Assembly (NCBI GenBank): GCA_049999805.1
Contig: JBNGIO010006294.1
Location: 65,711 to 124,107, forward strand
Source of the DNA: Folioceros fuciformis
Taxonomy: Eukaryota
Direction of reading: 5' to 3'
DNA length: 58,397 nt
In this document: piece after piece, positions 11,700-25,239 of the stretch
How the letters are laid out: the number at the start of each line of letters is the position of its first letter
Numbering within the stretch: the first letter of the stretch is position 1
Notes under the pieces: model-generated
Seen by the model: the letters and a program-made list of their open reading frames with translations, nothing else
Database searches by the model: none
Told to the model about the DNA's origin: nothing
Position numbers and translations under genes: made by a program

Positions 11700-14250
11700 G
11701 TTCCACGAAAGGATAACCCACTGCATCAAACCATGTTAATTGTGATATGGACCCGGAGGATAGATTCCGTGACCTAAAGGTACAAGCAACCCTTTGGGCA
11801 TCTCGGCTGCGAGAGCGGACACGCGGTCCCCACTTTAGCCGGTCGAACCACGGACTACAAGTTGATGGCAGACTCGAGCCCGCTTTCCGGGTCAAGCGTG
11901 AGATAATAGGAGTATATTATAGACATATACTTAGTTGCCATTGCTAGGTTTCCTTTGAAAGGTGGGGCAACTATCCCAAGGGACTTGTGGGACCTTCCTC
12001 CCTAGGAAGAGGCAATCAACCTTCCGCGGATTTATGACAGGCATTAGGTTTATACGCACATGGGTTTGGTAGAGATATGTTTAAGTAGTTGCAATTGACA
12101 GGAGACTAGTCCATTAACTGTTAGGAATGTGAGGACATACCCATAAGGTTAAACACTTCACAACATCTGGACGACATTTGGTCTTCCTCACAGTGAGGAG
12201 GGAGGATCTGCAAACAAAAGCCAAGAAGGGAAGTGAAGGAGGGTGGAGCTGTCCTATCAAACAGAAGCCAAGGGAAGCGGGCCACAACCTTAGATGTCGG
12301 TGGAGGCTTTGATACTGATGATAGGAGGAGGTGGATGCCAAGATCATGAATGGATGGAGGACAAATAATTTGGTAGACCCTAAATGAAAGCTCTTAACTA
12401 GGATAGTGTTAGGTTTGTGTTGCCAAAGTACAACATACTTCATCAATACTTTCTTCCACTTCCAACAAAAGCTAAGACAAGGTGCTCGACCAAATTGTGG
12501 GGCAATCACTTTGGCTATCTATGAGCATCACAAGAACAAGCTCTAACTAAGTGGATAGTGATGGAGCTAAACACATCCACATCAACACCTATCTTGTACA
12601 TTTGTGGGGTGCTCACGAGGTACTATCGGAGGAGGAGTTGGAGAAGTCCCACCAAGTGTTTGAAGAAGTGCCACTAAATGATGGGACAAGAGTGTTCTTG
12701 CAAAAGTACAAGGCCAAGAAGGGGAGCAAGAGTGCCACCTTCTTGTAGAGTGAGGGGGTGGGTGGGGGGTGTCCATTAAGCAAACGACTTTGGGATGGAA
12801 GGACCCATTGGGACAACAATGGAGGCAAGGATGCCAAAGAAGGAGACAACAGCCTGCTATATGGATAAGGGGAAGAGCATATGGCTAGAGGTAGCAAAAG
12901 ATGAGGGAGTAGCACCAATAGAAGTTCAAGGGCCTTGTGTCGTGCAAGGTGATCGTTGAACTGCTTAGTGTTATTAGTCTCCAAGACTGTTGGAGACTTG
13001 CGTTGACGTAACTAGAGCCTAGTAGCTTAGAGCACGTTAAGCAATTGGGTTTAAGGGAGCATTTTAAGTAGTTTTGCTTACATAGTTATTACGAACTGTT
13101 ATTAGCCTAAGCAGCAATTATAACCGTGATATGCATTGCTATAAATACGTTTCGTTATCAATACAATTTATCCTTTTGCCAAATCCTGCTTCCATTACAA
13201 ACACTAGAAATGTAGTGAGTATGGTGAGAGCCAACACTGTCCAATATATATGAGTAATCATATCTAAGACAAACATTAGAGTCAAAATAATATGTCCATG
13301 CATAGGTGTAAACTCTTGCCTTTGCTTCACTATCACTTGTATGATAGTTAGGACAAAGGGTGTTTCTGAGATGCAATGACTAAGCCCATCTCCAAGGCAT
13401 GTCACAAAATGCAAGGTCTCCTAGTTGTTACTTCCATGACACTTGTCCAAGGTCATATGTAAGGAATGAGGCACCCATCTAGAGAAAAGGAGGGAGCTCA
13501 AGCTCTCAACAAGGAGGACATGACCACTTGCACGTTAAGAAAGACCTATTGACATTATAGTCTATATTGAAACACTTTTGTTGACCAATTTGAGAGACTC
13601 CCCTCCAGCTATAGTTAGGCAACACCGTTTGTCCTACTAGCTTACAATGTAAATTGTAAGCTAGTATTGAGAGTGTATAGCATGTCATGCCATACACTCT
13701 CAAATCACACCTCCTTTTGCCATTACAATGACCTCAGGTATTCACTGCATTGCAAACGCCATACAATCCTCCTCCGAATTTGATTGCTAGCCAACACCTA
13801 TCCTTCTCTACATTAAACTCCAACACCACTTACTCCTAATACTGTCCTACTAACTCCCCCACCTAGCAAGAGCTTCCTAGTAGGTACTATCCTAGAGACT
13901 CCCCCTCTGGAGGAAGCCTCCTAACAAGTTGACACTAAGAGAAAAAGAAGGAGACTCACTCATTCTAAACACTACACCCTAACATCCTACCCTACCACCA
14001 GGGTGTCATAACATCCTATCACCAGGGTGTCATTTTGACTCCATTTCGAGCTCCGTGTCGATCCCCAGTGGAGTAAAAGAAACCTAGGACCAAAGGTTTC
14101 CGGTCTTCAACCTTGGTCTCCTTTTCTTTTCTCGAGATATAAGGTTCAAAAAAGGTTTGGTTTACAATTAGTAGAATATCTAGTGGTATATCCAAGGATT
14201 TATCACTATTATGGATACGAGGACCCATCTTATAATTGGTATTGTCATAA
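11700..14250. mobile_element. Decayed repetitive/retroelement-derived region
   Basis: No spliceable gene; stop-riddled + frame at ~12200-12750 (NGWRTNNLVDPK*..., HINTYLVHLWGAHEVLSEEE) and LTR-like non-coding DNA at ~13400-14015; boundaries uncertain. Confidence 0.4.
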
Positions 14251-14494
14251 AGTCACTTACCTCATGAGAGGCTCTTCTCTTTTAGTTCCCCAAGCGCCGA
14301 GGGCTACCCGCCTTTGTTCGTGGCACATAAACTCCCTCTTTTAGCGTGTCTTTTAAGGCCATGATCATGTTGTGCTCACTTGGCTACCTGATCACTTCAC
14401 CTACATATCCACTGTACATGAAGGCCACGAGGAGAGTTGCGCGCAGGTGAAAAATCTGTATCAAAGGTGACATGGTGCCATTACCCCTGATTCC

Positions 14495-16449
14495 TCATGT
14501 CGGTAAATCGAGTAGCCTGTCTAAGTCAGGAGTAACAATCACGCGCTGTTGTACATCCCCTATAAAGCAGCAAGTATTTGATTGGGTATTCACTGCAGCA
14601 AGTTCCTGAGAGAACACGCACTCAGCACCGGGAGAGGCCTGCATGCACAATCCAGCCAAAGTTATACGAAGAACTAAAAGAACATGACACGCAGCGAGGG
14701 CACCCTCATCAATCTCACATCCAGTATAACGTCGCCAATCTTCAACTTCACTGCTCCACTCTTGTACACAAGTAGCTTCCCCATCAAGCCCTCAGGCATT
14801 TTGTCCAACGTAGTGTAGAGGCTGGAGCTGCCGCTGGTAGAACCCTCCGCCTCGACAAAAGGTAATGATGATGGGATCTGGAAGAAAATAAGTCTATCCT
14901 CCTCATGTCTGGTCTGCATGTAAAACGCAAAGGCCGCTGAGCAAAGCAGAAAACGCTGAAGAACGTTTTGCAGTCAAGCACATTGGGAGATGAACAGAAG
15001 TCGCACCAAGAGAGACAGCTCGCTTGCAGGATTCACAACATCCTCCTCAAGGTCCATGGCTGAAGCTTCACCAAACTCCTGCGCATCCAGATCCTCTGAA
15101 GAGAGAATTTAGGGTTAGAAAAAAACTATCAGTTCAGGGCCCTATGATTGCAAGACTGTCTACGGATCATAATTTTGCTTGAAATTGGATACCTATTCTG
15201 CCTGAGAATGGTTCTCGTAGAGGAAGAACTGTTGGATAGTACTCAGAGTAATTCTGAAGGAAGACAGAGAGATTCTTAGATATGTGCTACAGCATCAGGG
15301 AACGCACTTTCCTGGAGACTTGCATAGTGTGCAAAGTACCAGAGAATCATCAAAGGGTCTCTTTTTTGGAATGTCCGGTTTCTCGTCCGAGAACTGAAAC
15401 CCTGCAAGGACACATTTGAAGAGACAGCACTCAGCAACAGACAGTTTCATCAATAACTTGCTAAGGAATAAAAACATTGAGCAACTATACCTTCTCGTTN
15501 NNNNNNNNNNNNNNNNNNNNNNNNNNNNNNNNNNNNNNNNNNNNNNNNNNNNNNNNNNNNNNNNNNNNNNNNNNNNNNNNNNNNNNNNNNNNNNNNNNNA
15601 ATCCCTTCCTTGTTTGACCAGCAGCAGGTCTAGCAGTGGTGCTTGTGCCATAGCCAAAAGCAACTCGGGCTGGCACCCCACCTATTGGTAGCGGAACACA
15701 ACCACACCACATCCTGCAGCTGGTGAGGCCCATGACTTTCGTGCACGAAACAGCTAGGGCACAAATCAAGCGCACAAATCAAGCGCATAACGCAACAATA
15801 TCTTACCCTTCTGATCCCGCCTCCCTCTTGGATCAAGCGCACTCTCCTGCAAACCCACAAGGTGCTGCTCAATAAAGGGAACTTTTCTGAGAAAGAGCAA
15901 ACGACTACTAAACTTCAAACTACAATAAGAAAAGACCTTTATGAGCTTCTGCAAATCAGCTGATAGCTCCGCATCACCAGCTCCAGACTCTCTGCAAAGA
16001 TAGCCTACTCGTGTCACCAAAGGCTCGGGGAGTCCTCTATTATTTCCTCCAGGAGGCTTGCACTACAAAAATCCCCTTAAAAAACTGCTCTCCCAACCCT
16101 ACAGCAAACCCATACACTGCAATCTATTCCAAATCCAAAGCCAGAAAGCACTACTCACTTCTTAACATCCGCAAGCTTCTTCAGCCTTCGAGCAGGGACC
16201 TTCGGCTCAAATTTCGTCTGTCAACACACCACAAGTCGGACATGAGAAACATGAACACCTTGACCCAGCCCCAAGCACAAGCTATCAAATCACCAAAACA
16301 AGCGAAGACAACTTCAAATTGCAACCGAGCTGGCCTTCCAGAGAATCAGAGGGCCATACCTTGCGCACACCTCCAGTCGTGAAGCCTGCAGGAGGCCTTG
16401 GTGCCAAACCGGACTTGTCCCCGTCCCCGCCTCTCGACGCTTCGGCCAT
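14495..16449 (-). CDS. RPC4: RNA polymerase III subunit RPC4 (C53)
   Basis: Start MAEASRGG at 16449, KFEPKVPARR in exon 2, C-terminal LIFFQIPSSLP..PEGLMGKLLVYKSGAVKLKIGDVILD..PGAECVFSQELAAVN..IGDVQQRVIVTPD; spans N gap 15500-15599. Confidence 0.9.
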
Positions 16450-17165
16450 CGTCGCAATACCAGGAAAAGCTTAACGAGAATGGCGCAGCCTTACTCCATG
16501 GCTGTTAACAGGGATCAGCTGTTATGTTAGTAGGGTTCGTTTCTTCTTGTGAATTGGCCATCTTCAGGTAGGTGTCCTGCAAATATAGGCTGTCTACCTG
16601 ATGACGCATCTGAAGTAGATTACATACTCGATACTTTCCAAAACGGACAACATCGGGTGCCTGAGGCTCGGAGTCGGCGGCGGAAGCTGAGCGCAATCGG
16701 GGCGGGTGCGGTAAGTCCTGGGAAACTGCGGATTGCTTTACTGAATTGCTGAATTCTGCTTCCATCCTGCACAGTCAGCTCGCTGGCTCTGCGGTGCCTG
16801 TGCCGAGAACATACTTCAGCTCCAGCTGGACACCGCAGATTATAGAATCAGAGTAACAGAATTCTGACAGTTTTGCAAATTTCCATCTTTGTCGTGGATC
16901 GTCGTGAATCCCTGCTTTTGTAGACTGGCTGCGGTTTGGGTCCTTGTCAGTCGAGAGGAGGGTTTGATTGTGGTTGAAGGAGTTTATTGCTAAGGCAGGT
17001 TGGAATTGGTGTTGTCACAATCTGGATTTTGCGATTCCTGTTGCTTGAGAAGGTTGCATCCGTCTTCTGAGTTGTGGAGCTAGTGGAGAGTGGAATCTCC
17101 AGCTTTGTTGTTACGCCTCGTGTGGTCGCTCAGGGCGAGGAAGGAGTGTGGCCGAGCTCTCCGCC

Positions 17166-18983
17166 ATGGCGTCTGCAGTTCTGGAGAAGTCCATGGCTGC
17201 CGCCGCCTCCCTGGCAGCTGGTCATCAGGGTGGTGCGGCTCGTGAGGAGTTAGGCTGGACGAGCGTGTCCTTCGGTGGGATGAAGCTGGGAAGGAGAGTG
17301 TGCACTGGAGGGTACTGCTGGAGTCGGGAAACGCAGCGATTGGTTGTCAGGGCTGGGGAGCAGAAATCTGCTTTGAATCCAGGTTTGCTGGCATGCCAGG
17401 TTCACGGTGGCGGTGAATGGAGCTCCTGTTTGCAGATGTATCGGCTGGGGAGATGGATTGACATGATGGGCATGACGGTGCAGATTTGCAGGATAACCTT
17501 AAGCGTGCTGTTGCCAAAAAGGCAGTGGAGCTGGTGAAACCTGGCATGATTGTTGGACTGGGAACTGGGAGTACATCGTCCATGGCCATAGAAGAGTTGG
17601 GTAAGCTTATTACACAAGGAAAGGTGAGGGTGCTCTTCGAAAGAGCCTTGCGGGTACTGAGTACCTGGATGCTTTCACCGTCCTGTTTGGAGTGTCGTAC
17701 GTGCAATAAACTGGTGTGGTTCGGTGTCCGCAGTTGAAAGACGTTGTTGGTGTTGGGACGAGTTACCAGTCACGTGTGCTGGCACGCCAGTTTGGTGTGA
17801 AAACTGTAAGCGTCTGGGTGGGGTACTCTCTTTACCGGAGCTTGATCTATTGCTTGCAACGCTGACATGAACGGAGTTTCCTTTATCTCAGGTGGATTTG
17901 AACGATGTTAACAGGATCGATATTGCATTCGATGGAGCAGATGAGGTTGACCCATCCATGAACCTGATCAAGGTGTTCATTCAACGCTCCTCAAATTCTT
18001 GTATGGTGACCGGGATCTGCAATGCAGTGGCATCTTATCCAAATTGACTTCAATCTCTCTGGTTTGTGGTCGCAGGGCGGTGGCGCAGCACACACGTTGG
18101 AGAAGGTAGACAGTGTGAATGGGGTTTTCCAAAGACGTCACACCCCTTGCGGGAATCACAGTGAGGGTCGACCTAGGGGTCTGGGCCATCAGCCTGATAC
18201 CTTGTGCCTTGCAGGTTGTGGACACCATGGCAGAGAAGACTGTGATCTTGGTGGACCAATCAAAAGTCGTCTCTGAACTGGGGCTGACCTTTCCTGTGCC
18301 GGTCAGATGCTGCGAAACCTTGCATGCTGTTTCCTGTTCCTTGATTCTCATCTGACATGATAGCAGTTTGTTTTGGGAATCAGGTGGAGGTTCTTCCACC
18401 AGCAATCTCACCTGTCCTTCGGTCTCTAGTTGGTCTTGGTGGAGGTAAGGCACGCGAAACTAATATTCCACGTGACCCAGATTTCAGGTCTGCAGGCAGT
18501 GAGATGACGAGTCGGGCTGGTTGGCAGTGCCCGAGATCAGAAGTGCACTGAGGAAGGACGGCCCTGTCATCACCGACCTGGGCAACATGATCGTGGATGT
18601 TAGGTGTGTGCTTTCGAGGGATTTTCTGAAAAAGAGTGTGGAGACAAAACGGTTTCCCCAATGCATCCTCTGCTGATTGCAGGTTTCCGGAGGGAATAAA
18701 AAATCCAGGCGCTTTGGAACGGGCCATCAACATGATCCCAGGAGTGGTGGAAAACGGTACAAACCTATCCTCATTTCTCCCGCCATTTCCTCGTAGGTGA
18801 ATCTCTGGAAGAGCTGAGCTGAATTTCACAAACCTGGAGGCACTCCCCCCTGTTCCCGCAGGTCTCTTCATCGACATTGTGAAAGTCGTGCTCGTCTCCA
18901 CGCATGATGGAGATGAAATAGCAATTGTGGAGCTGGCAGACTTCGTGAAGAGCCTGAAGGGTGCCAAGGAATCTGTTGCCTGA
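17166..18983 (+). CDS. RPI: Ribose-5-phosphate isomerase A, plastid-type, multi-exon
   Basis: Exons give DNLKRAVAKKAVELVKPGMIVGLGTGSTS, DIAFDGADEVD, IKGGGAAHTLEK, FPVPVEVLP, PVITDLGNMIVD, IPGVVENGLF; N-terminal transit-peptide-like exon. Confidence 0.92.
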
Positions 18984-19721
18984 ATCTAGAGCGCGGTCAA
19001 GCATGAATCCACTCAAGGAATGATGCTGAAGGCACAGTGCCTGCGGCGTGGATGTTGTGTGGCACAGTTTTGCAGATTTTCCCAAGGCCAAGGCCAGAAG
19101 AGAGCATTTGTGATAAGTCGAGGCATCATAATCTGTACTAGAGGCTGCATTTGGACCGCTTCTTGGATGAAAGCGCCTTCCTTAAGTATTTATAGTTTGT
19201 TAATCCGATGCCGTTGCCGGAATCATGATAAGCTAATGTGCTTGCCGCTCAACCTCACCTTCTTGGTGTTTACCTCGTGTTCATTGTTTTCGGGGGAACC
19301 CCAAGCCGAAGCCCAATCATTGAAGCCAAGAAGCTGCAATGGGCCCCATAGGCAGTATCAAACTCGTTTGTGTAGAATGTTCACCAATGGAAACGCACAC
19401 CCCAAGTCGTAAAACCGCATCCAACGGCGACATGCGAAGCCTCTACGAGTCTGACAAACGTAGCCAGAAATGAATGTCGATTGCGGCGCATTGAAGAGCC
19501 TGGCTTAGCCTTGCGGATATACATATTTGCCTGCCGAAGCTTTTAGCCTGCCATTCCCTTCGCTTCCTCTCGTCCTCTCTTCTCTTCTTGTGCTCTCCTC
19601 CACGACGTGTTCTCGGCGTGTGCTGCGGATTCGAGTCAACTCTCGCTCGCCTTCGTTGCTCACGAGTCAGGAGCGCCTCTCCAGTTGTTGAAGCAAGTTC
19701 TGTGATTAGCTCATATCCGAG

Positions 19722-20127
19722 ATGAAGAAGCTGGCGAGAGCCAAGGCCAAAGACCGGCAGGCCACCAGCTCCGCCACCGGCAGCATGCAAGACCACGACT
19801 CTCACGACGACGATTCCTCCACCTCGGTCCCGGTGCGCTTCCTCTCTCTCTCCCTCGCTTTCTTGAATGCCGTCAATTCCAAGCGTCGTCTGGTTCCGTC
19901 ATCGCTCTGTGGCCAGGCGTCTCACCTCTGCTGGCTCTCCGGTTGCTGTGCAGCAGATGAGGACCTGCGGGCCGCACAATGCCAACCCGCACCTGGTGCA
20001 CTATTCCGACAGAAGCGAGCTCCGTCGCATATGCGTGGTCTGCAGTAAGCGGCAACACTTCTATTGTCCTTCTTGCAACAGCTTCATGTGCCTCGGCCCC
20101 TGCTTCGTGAAGCATCACTCTGGTTGA
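19722..20127 (+). CDS. Small (~93-94 aa) two-exon protein with piggyBac-type C-terminal Cys-rich zinc finger
   Basis: Exon1 19722-19832 (111 nt, phase 0), GT donor 19833, CAGCAG acceptor 19951-19956, exon2 to TGA 20127 encoding RRICVVCSKRQHFYCPSCNSFMCLGPCFVKHH. Confidence 0.65.
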
Positions 20128-20597
20128 TCCACTAGCGGGCTTCCTACCATCTCCAATTCCTCTTTCCCTCTTCCAGTCGCACCGGAGCGCTCTCCGCCTC
20201 CATTGCGTGTTCTTGCGTCACCGACACACACTGCCGATCGGCTTGGGAGGAATTTCGGAAGCTAGCGCACTCAACCTGGCGCTGTGTTTTTGTCGCCGCT
20301 GGAATTATCCATGCAGCAAATGCCCGACCATGATCTTGGCCGGGGCAGGTGATCTTCCATGGAGAGAGCATTGTGTTAAATCTGCTTGTCGAGTGCAGTC
20401 GCTGCCTCCAGACACACTCGCTGTGCTGGATCGTAGTCGGATTCCCGAGGAAATTCCAAATGTAAGACACAATTTTGGTTTGGTCGAGCAGAATCTCCAG
20501 ATTTAGTCGGTCTACCAGCGTTTGCCTGCATGTACATACTTAATCCAGGGCCTTTTCTACAAGTCCCTCTCCTGTGAGTGAAATCGAGAAGAGTTGT

Positions 20598-20990
20598 GTT
20601 CCATTGCCACTTCCGATTCTTGCTATCCTGCAGTTCATTCTGGTTTGCACACACACATCTGCTCATTCCGTTCAATTGCCATTTCCAATTCTTGCAGTAT
20701 CCGGCAGTTCATTCTGATTCGCACACACATCGGCTCAGTCCTGATCTTGAAGGCAAACACTATACTATGACACTCTTTCCTCCTCTTCGCAGAAAGCGCG
20801 CTCGAGCGGTCTTGCAGGGTTCAATCTTCGGACGTCGAGTCTTTGAGAAGGATTGTGTTCGATTGCCACTTCCAATTCCTGCAGTATCCCGCAGTTCATT
20901 CTGATTCGCTCTCGCAACTGCACATATCCTGATTCTGTAAGACAAATGCCGTACCATACCGCTCTTCCCTCCGCTCCGCAGAGAGCGATC
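20598..20990. repeat. Three degenerate direct copies of a ~70-130 bp unit
   Basis: ATTGCCAYTTCCRATTCYTGC..TATCC.GCAGTTCATTCTG at ~20603, ~20675, ~20862; copies 2 and 3 extend to ...CTCTTYCCTCC.CT.CGCAGARAGCG. Confidence 0.75.
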
Positions 20991-21539
20991 TGACAAGCTC
21001 CCAGAGTCCGGAGTTCATCTTCTACTGTGGAGTTTGTGAGAAAGCAGTGCTCAACGGCGGCAACATTAACTACGCCCTCCTCAAGTCGAGGCAAACAGAG
21101 AGCAACGCAGTCAACCTCAGTTGGAATTAATCACGGCCGCCGACCAACAGATATGTACTTACTCTGTGTACGTGGGCTGCAGGCTGGACTCCTGGGAGGT
21201 GCAGGCTGGAAAACCCGGCACTGCCGCAGCCCATACATATTTGGGTGCCTTCCGATAATGCAAGCAGTTAATGAAGAGCCTATTTCCGGTAACCGGAGGT
21301 GGCATTAACCGAGTTGCAAGCTCCAACAAGGAGTACAGGATGAGCAGGCAGCCGCCAGCCGCCAGCCGCCGACTGAGAGGATGCACATAAAGGCCTCCCG
21401 TCGGACACGCCCCGCTCGCCGCCGACACTTTGTTTGGCGATAACAGCCAGCAGCTGGCCAATCCTCACCGCTCACTGCGTCTTCCCCCTAAAAGTTCATA
21501 TGCAGCAATTCTATGACGTGTCCTGAACGCAGTCACCGG

Positions 21540-23720
21540 TTGTAGTCTAAGAATTATTATTTCTTATACATTATATAACAATATAAAAATGAATAAAAAA
21601 CATGCCACGCACATTAATGGTCGATTCTGTCACACTTAACTCTCCGGCTGCAAATTCCAACCACAGCCATAGACTAAACTACAACACTCTTTACATCAAC
21701 ATGGATACAGATTCATGAAATCTTGGAGTGTCCTTCATTCAAATCAGTTTTCTTTGTGGGATTTTCTATTCCTCCATTTGCTTGTAAACAGTGTCTCATT
21801 TCCAACCTCATTCTCTAAACAATCCATTCCTCTTCTCAACAACATAACTACAGCTTTAGTAGTATATTACTTATTAAGTTTATAGAGATAGAAGTTCGAT
21901 TTTCATCACATTTGATGTTTATCATAAAATAAACAACAAACTTACATAATTTTGAAGGAAGGCCAAGTCATGACAGCTCCCTAAAAGCGGTTAAGAATAG
22001 GTGTATACATTTAATATTCAAGATTGATGTTACATACAAAATATAAAGCTTTATGATGCTATAAACTTTTAGCACCTTTTGATATCATTGTCCCCATAAC
22101 GTTTTCAAGACCCCCTTGCTTTCTTTAGATGTGCTTCTATTCTAGAGATATTTATGTAATAATCATTCTATAGAATTCATAAAATTAAATATGATATTAT
22201 TCATTATTTTTCTTAGTTATTTATTGTACAAAGTTTAAAAAATAATTGATATAATATTTAATTTTCATTCAATGTAGAGGATATAGAGGAACTTCATAAC
22301 ATCACTCTTCATTTTATAAACTAAATTGATATTTTTTATTATTAAAAAAGAGATGGAAAGTCCCATCTACTTCAAAGATTGGACAAACAACACAAATAGG
22401 GCTAAAGACCAAAAAAAGGATACTAGCCCGTTTGAACATCATTTTCAAAAACTACCTACTACTCCCAAAACGTCATGATGTGGAAAAATAAAAGGCCTAC
22501 TAATGACCTATACAAATGCTCTTTTGTAAAGCAATGGATATGCGTTGTTGACAAAAACGTTGTCGAGAGAAAGCTAAACGCCATTGCCGATAGAAACGTT
22601 GTCGAGAGAAAGCTAAGTAGAGGAAAGAGGGAGAACCTCATTCATAGTCTTGGGGCACTCCTTGATGAATCTTGAAAGGTCCTTGCTTATAGATAGACTA
22701 ATGAGTCTCTTGAGGGGATGAAAGTATTTCGTCTTGCAAGGGGGAATACTTATGAACTTTGGGCACTTGTACAATCCTTTGGTGCCCATGTAGTGGGTTG
22801 ATGATGACGTTCTCACAAATTGAATGTCTAATGGGCTGCATAACGACCACATCAGCGAAACAAACCTATTCCTCAACAATGAAAGAAAAAAAAGGTCGGC
22901 TCTAAGTGAAACCCCTATCCACAGTATACGAATGCTCCCACATGGAAGAAACCCATATTTTAGAGTGAGATGAACAAGGTTGAACATACATGTGAAAACA
23001 CAAGAAAAGAACACTTATCTAACAATAGTTAGAGCTTTAGATTTAGACTTAAGTTAAAGTAATACGTCCAATTGGCTTCATACAAGAGTGTGCTCCTATC
23101 TTACAAAAATGAGCAATCTCTTGCCATGTATCACACTATCCAGTGTGAGTACAATATAAGTCATAGCCACCTAGAGGAACCATGAGAAGAAAACCACAAG
23201 AATGTTCTTAGCTTTCAAGAGGAAGTTCATTTTGCTATATACTAAGACAATGCTATTGCATGGTTTCAACATCTCGAAGCCGTGATTAGCTAGAGAAGGT
23301 GAGTGGAGCGAATATTAATAGATTGGTGATAGAGATTTGTATCTTGGGTGTTGGATGGGAGTCTTGGTGTTGTAGTTAGTACATGTTACTAGTAGTGATG
23401 TGGGCAACCAAGACTATTCTGGAATATAAGAGAATCATATCAATATATTTTAAAATAATATTAGTAATAATAAATATTATCCCAGACTTACTTGGATGGG
23501 ATGCACGAGGGAGTGGATGCCCAGGGTGCTAGTAACTTAAGCCACATGATGTGAATATGAAAGAAAGCGATGTGAAGTACCAGGAGGGATGGAAATGAAG
23601 GGAATTCATTCGTCCTTAGCAGTAAGGCGAATGTTTGCACATCATTCAATACGATAGTATCGGGATCTGAATATTGGTTAGGAATTCACTTAAATTTATA
23701 ATTATTTGGTACGGATGCTG
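21540..23720. other. AT-rich intergenic block, probably old TE debris
   Basis: Sharp drop in GC versus flanking genes, no credible ORF, short duplication AAACGTTGTCGAGAGAAAGCTAA at ~22555 and ~22594. Confidence 0.45.
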
Positions 23721-24608
23721 AATGCTTTGCATGTAGGTACCTACTTCGAGTTCACAGGCCTTTTTGTGGCGGATTTGCAGCTACAGCTCCAGCTCCAGTT
23801 CCAGCTCTAGCTACAGCTACAGCTGTTAAGCCTGGCTTCGTGATGGCTCTGGCCAGGTAATCCTGGGCGGGTTTTTTATGCACCTGGCCTGGCCTCCGCA
23901 CTGCACTGCTCTCTTCTGTCTCTCAATCTGTTCAACTTGCCATTCTTTGTGGGAACGGCAGCGCGAGCCAGGTCTGCGCTGGCAAATCGAGCTCACACAC
24001 ACGCGTGATCGCCAGCTTTGGTTTGTCTGCTTCTTTGGTTTGTGGCGGGAATTGAGGCATGGCCGTCCTCAAGCCCTGGACTATAACCTTGTCGCCACAT
24101 CTGCCTTGCTTCTGTTGGATCAGGGAATGGTGAGGAGCTGTCTTGATCCCGTCGGACAGCACGATCTGGATCAGTGACATGGCCCCTCGTCGCTCCTGAT
24201 TCGTTGGTCCACTCCCATTTTGTGACCCGTGAGCATGAGCAGTTGCCTCTTTTTCCTCCTCGGTGTGCTGGGTATTGGGTTTGTGGTACGCTTCTCACAG
24301 ACGGCCAGTGGTGGTTGATTTGGTATCCAGGCGGGAAGAATTCGGAGGGGTGGCTGGATCTGGTGGCAGAGTCGTCTGGCGCCTGTGCACTGAATGCGAG
24401 CTCTCGCCACGGGATGAGAGCGTGGCGATGCCATCGCTGGGGGCAGGGTTAACACTTCCCCGAAAGTGTGTGAGGATTGACCGTACTGTCACACGGACTG
24501 GAACTTCCGAGCAGTAGGCAGATCATGCTGCTCCAGGCTGAGATTGGCAATTTAGTATGTGAAACAGGGGGCTAGATCTGCGTCTGACAAAGCAGTAGGC
24601 GAAGGGAC

Positions 24609-25239
24609 ATGGTGAGCAGGCAGTCTTCCTTCTCGGCTCCGGCGCCGGATCTTTCTGCCACTGCCAGCCCTCCTCCACAACACAGCTACCTCATCGGGCG
24701 GAGCAATCAGAACTATGTGAATGTGGTCTCTTTTGGCTTTGTTGCTTCCGCTATACTCATCTCCATGTTTCTTATCATGGCCATCTTTGAAAGGCTCTTG
24801 CGACCAAGAGCCACTTTGCAGCCGATTTTATCCGTATCGGAGAGGGATTCTGACCACGTGGCGATGCTGCCAGTCAGATCGCAGTTGACGTCACGCATAC
24901 CGAAGTCGGAACCGGCGGTGAGTTGCTTTCCACTGTTTCCGTTGTTTCAACAATGCTTGTTTGCTGCCATGGAGGGGTTTGGTTTGGAGGGTATTGTGAG
25001 CTTAATAGAGTTGGTGATGCTGCCCCCAAGCTGCGATTCTGAGGCTGTGGGTGTGTTCATTCATACAGGTGAACAGTAACCCAGAAGCATTAGGGATCCC
25101 TGTCTTGATGCCTGGCCAAGATAGCCCCTCTTTCATCGCACGTCCTGCACCAATTCCAGAGTTGCCGCGAAATCATTCAGTGACTACAATGTTGGGAAGA
25201 TCTCATCTGGGATCTTCCAGCAGCTCCACAAGTGTTTAA
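24609..25239 (+). CDS. Small single-pass membrane protein (plant family with VSFGFVAxAILISMFL TM and VLMPG..P.FIA.PAP tail)
   Basis: Exon1 24609-24917, exon2 25069-25239, phase-0 GT-AG intron; TM segment followed by FERLLRPR. Confidence 0.85.

Noticed and set aside
13426-14014. Solo LTR TGTTA...TAACA
   Set aside because: Flanking 5-mers differ (CTAGT vs TCCTA); cannot support exact boundaries
23768-23825. CAGCTM hexamer run
   Set aside because: Ordinary microsatellite in a promoter region
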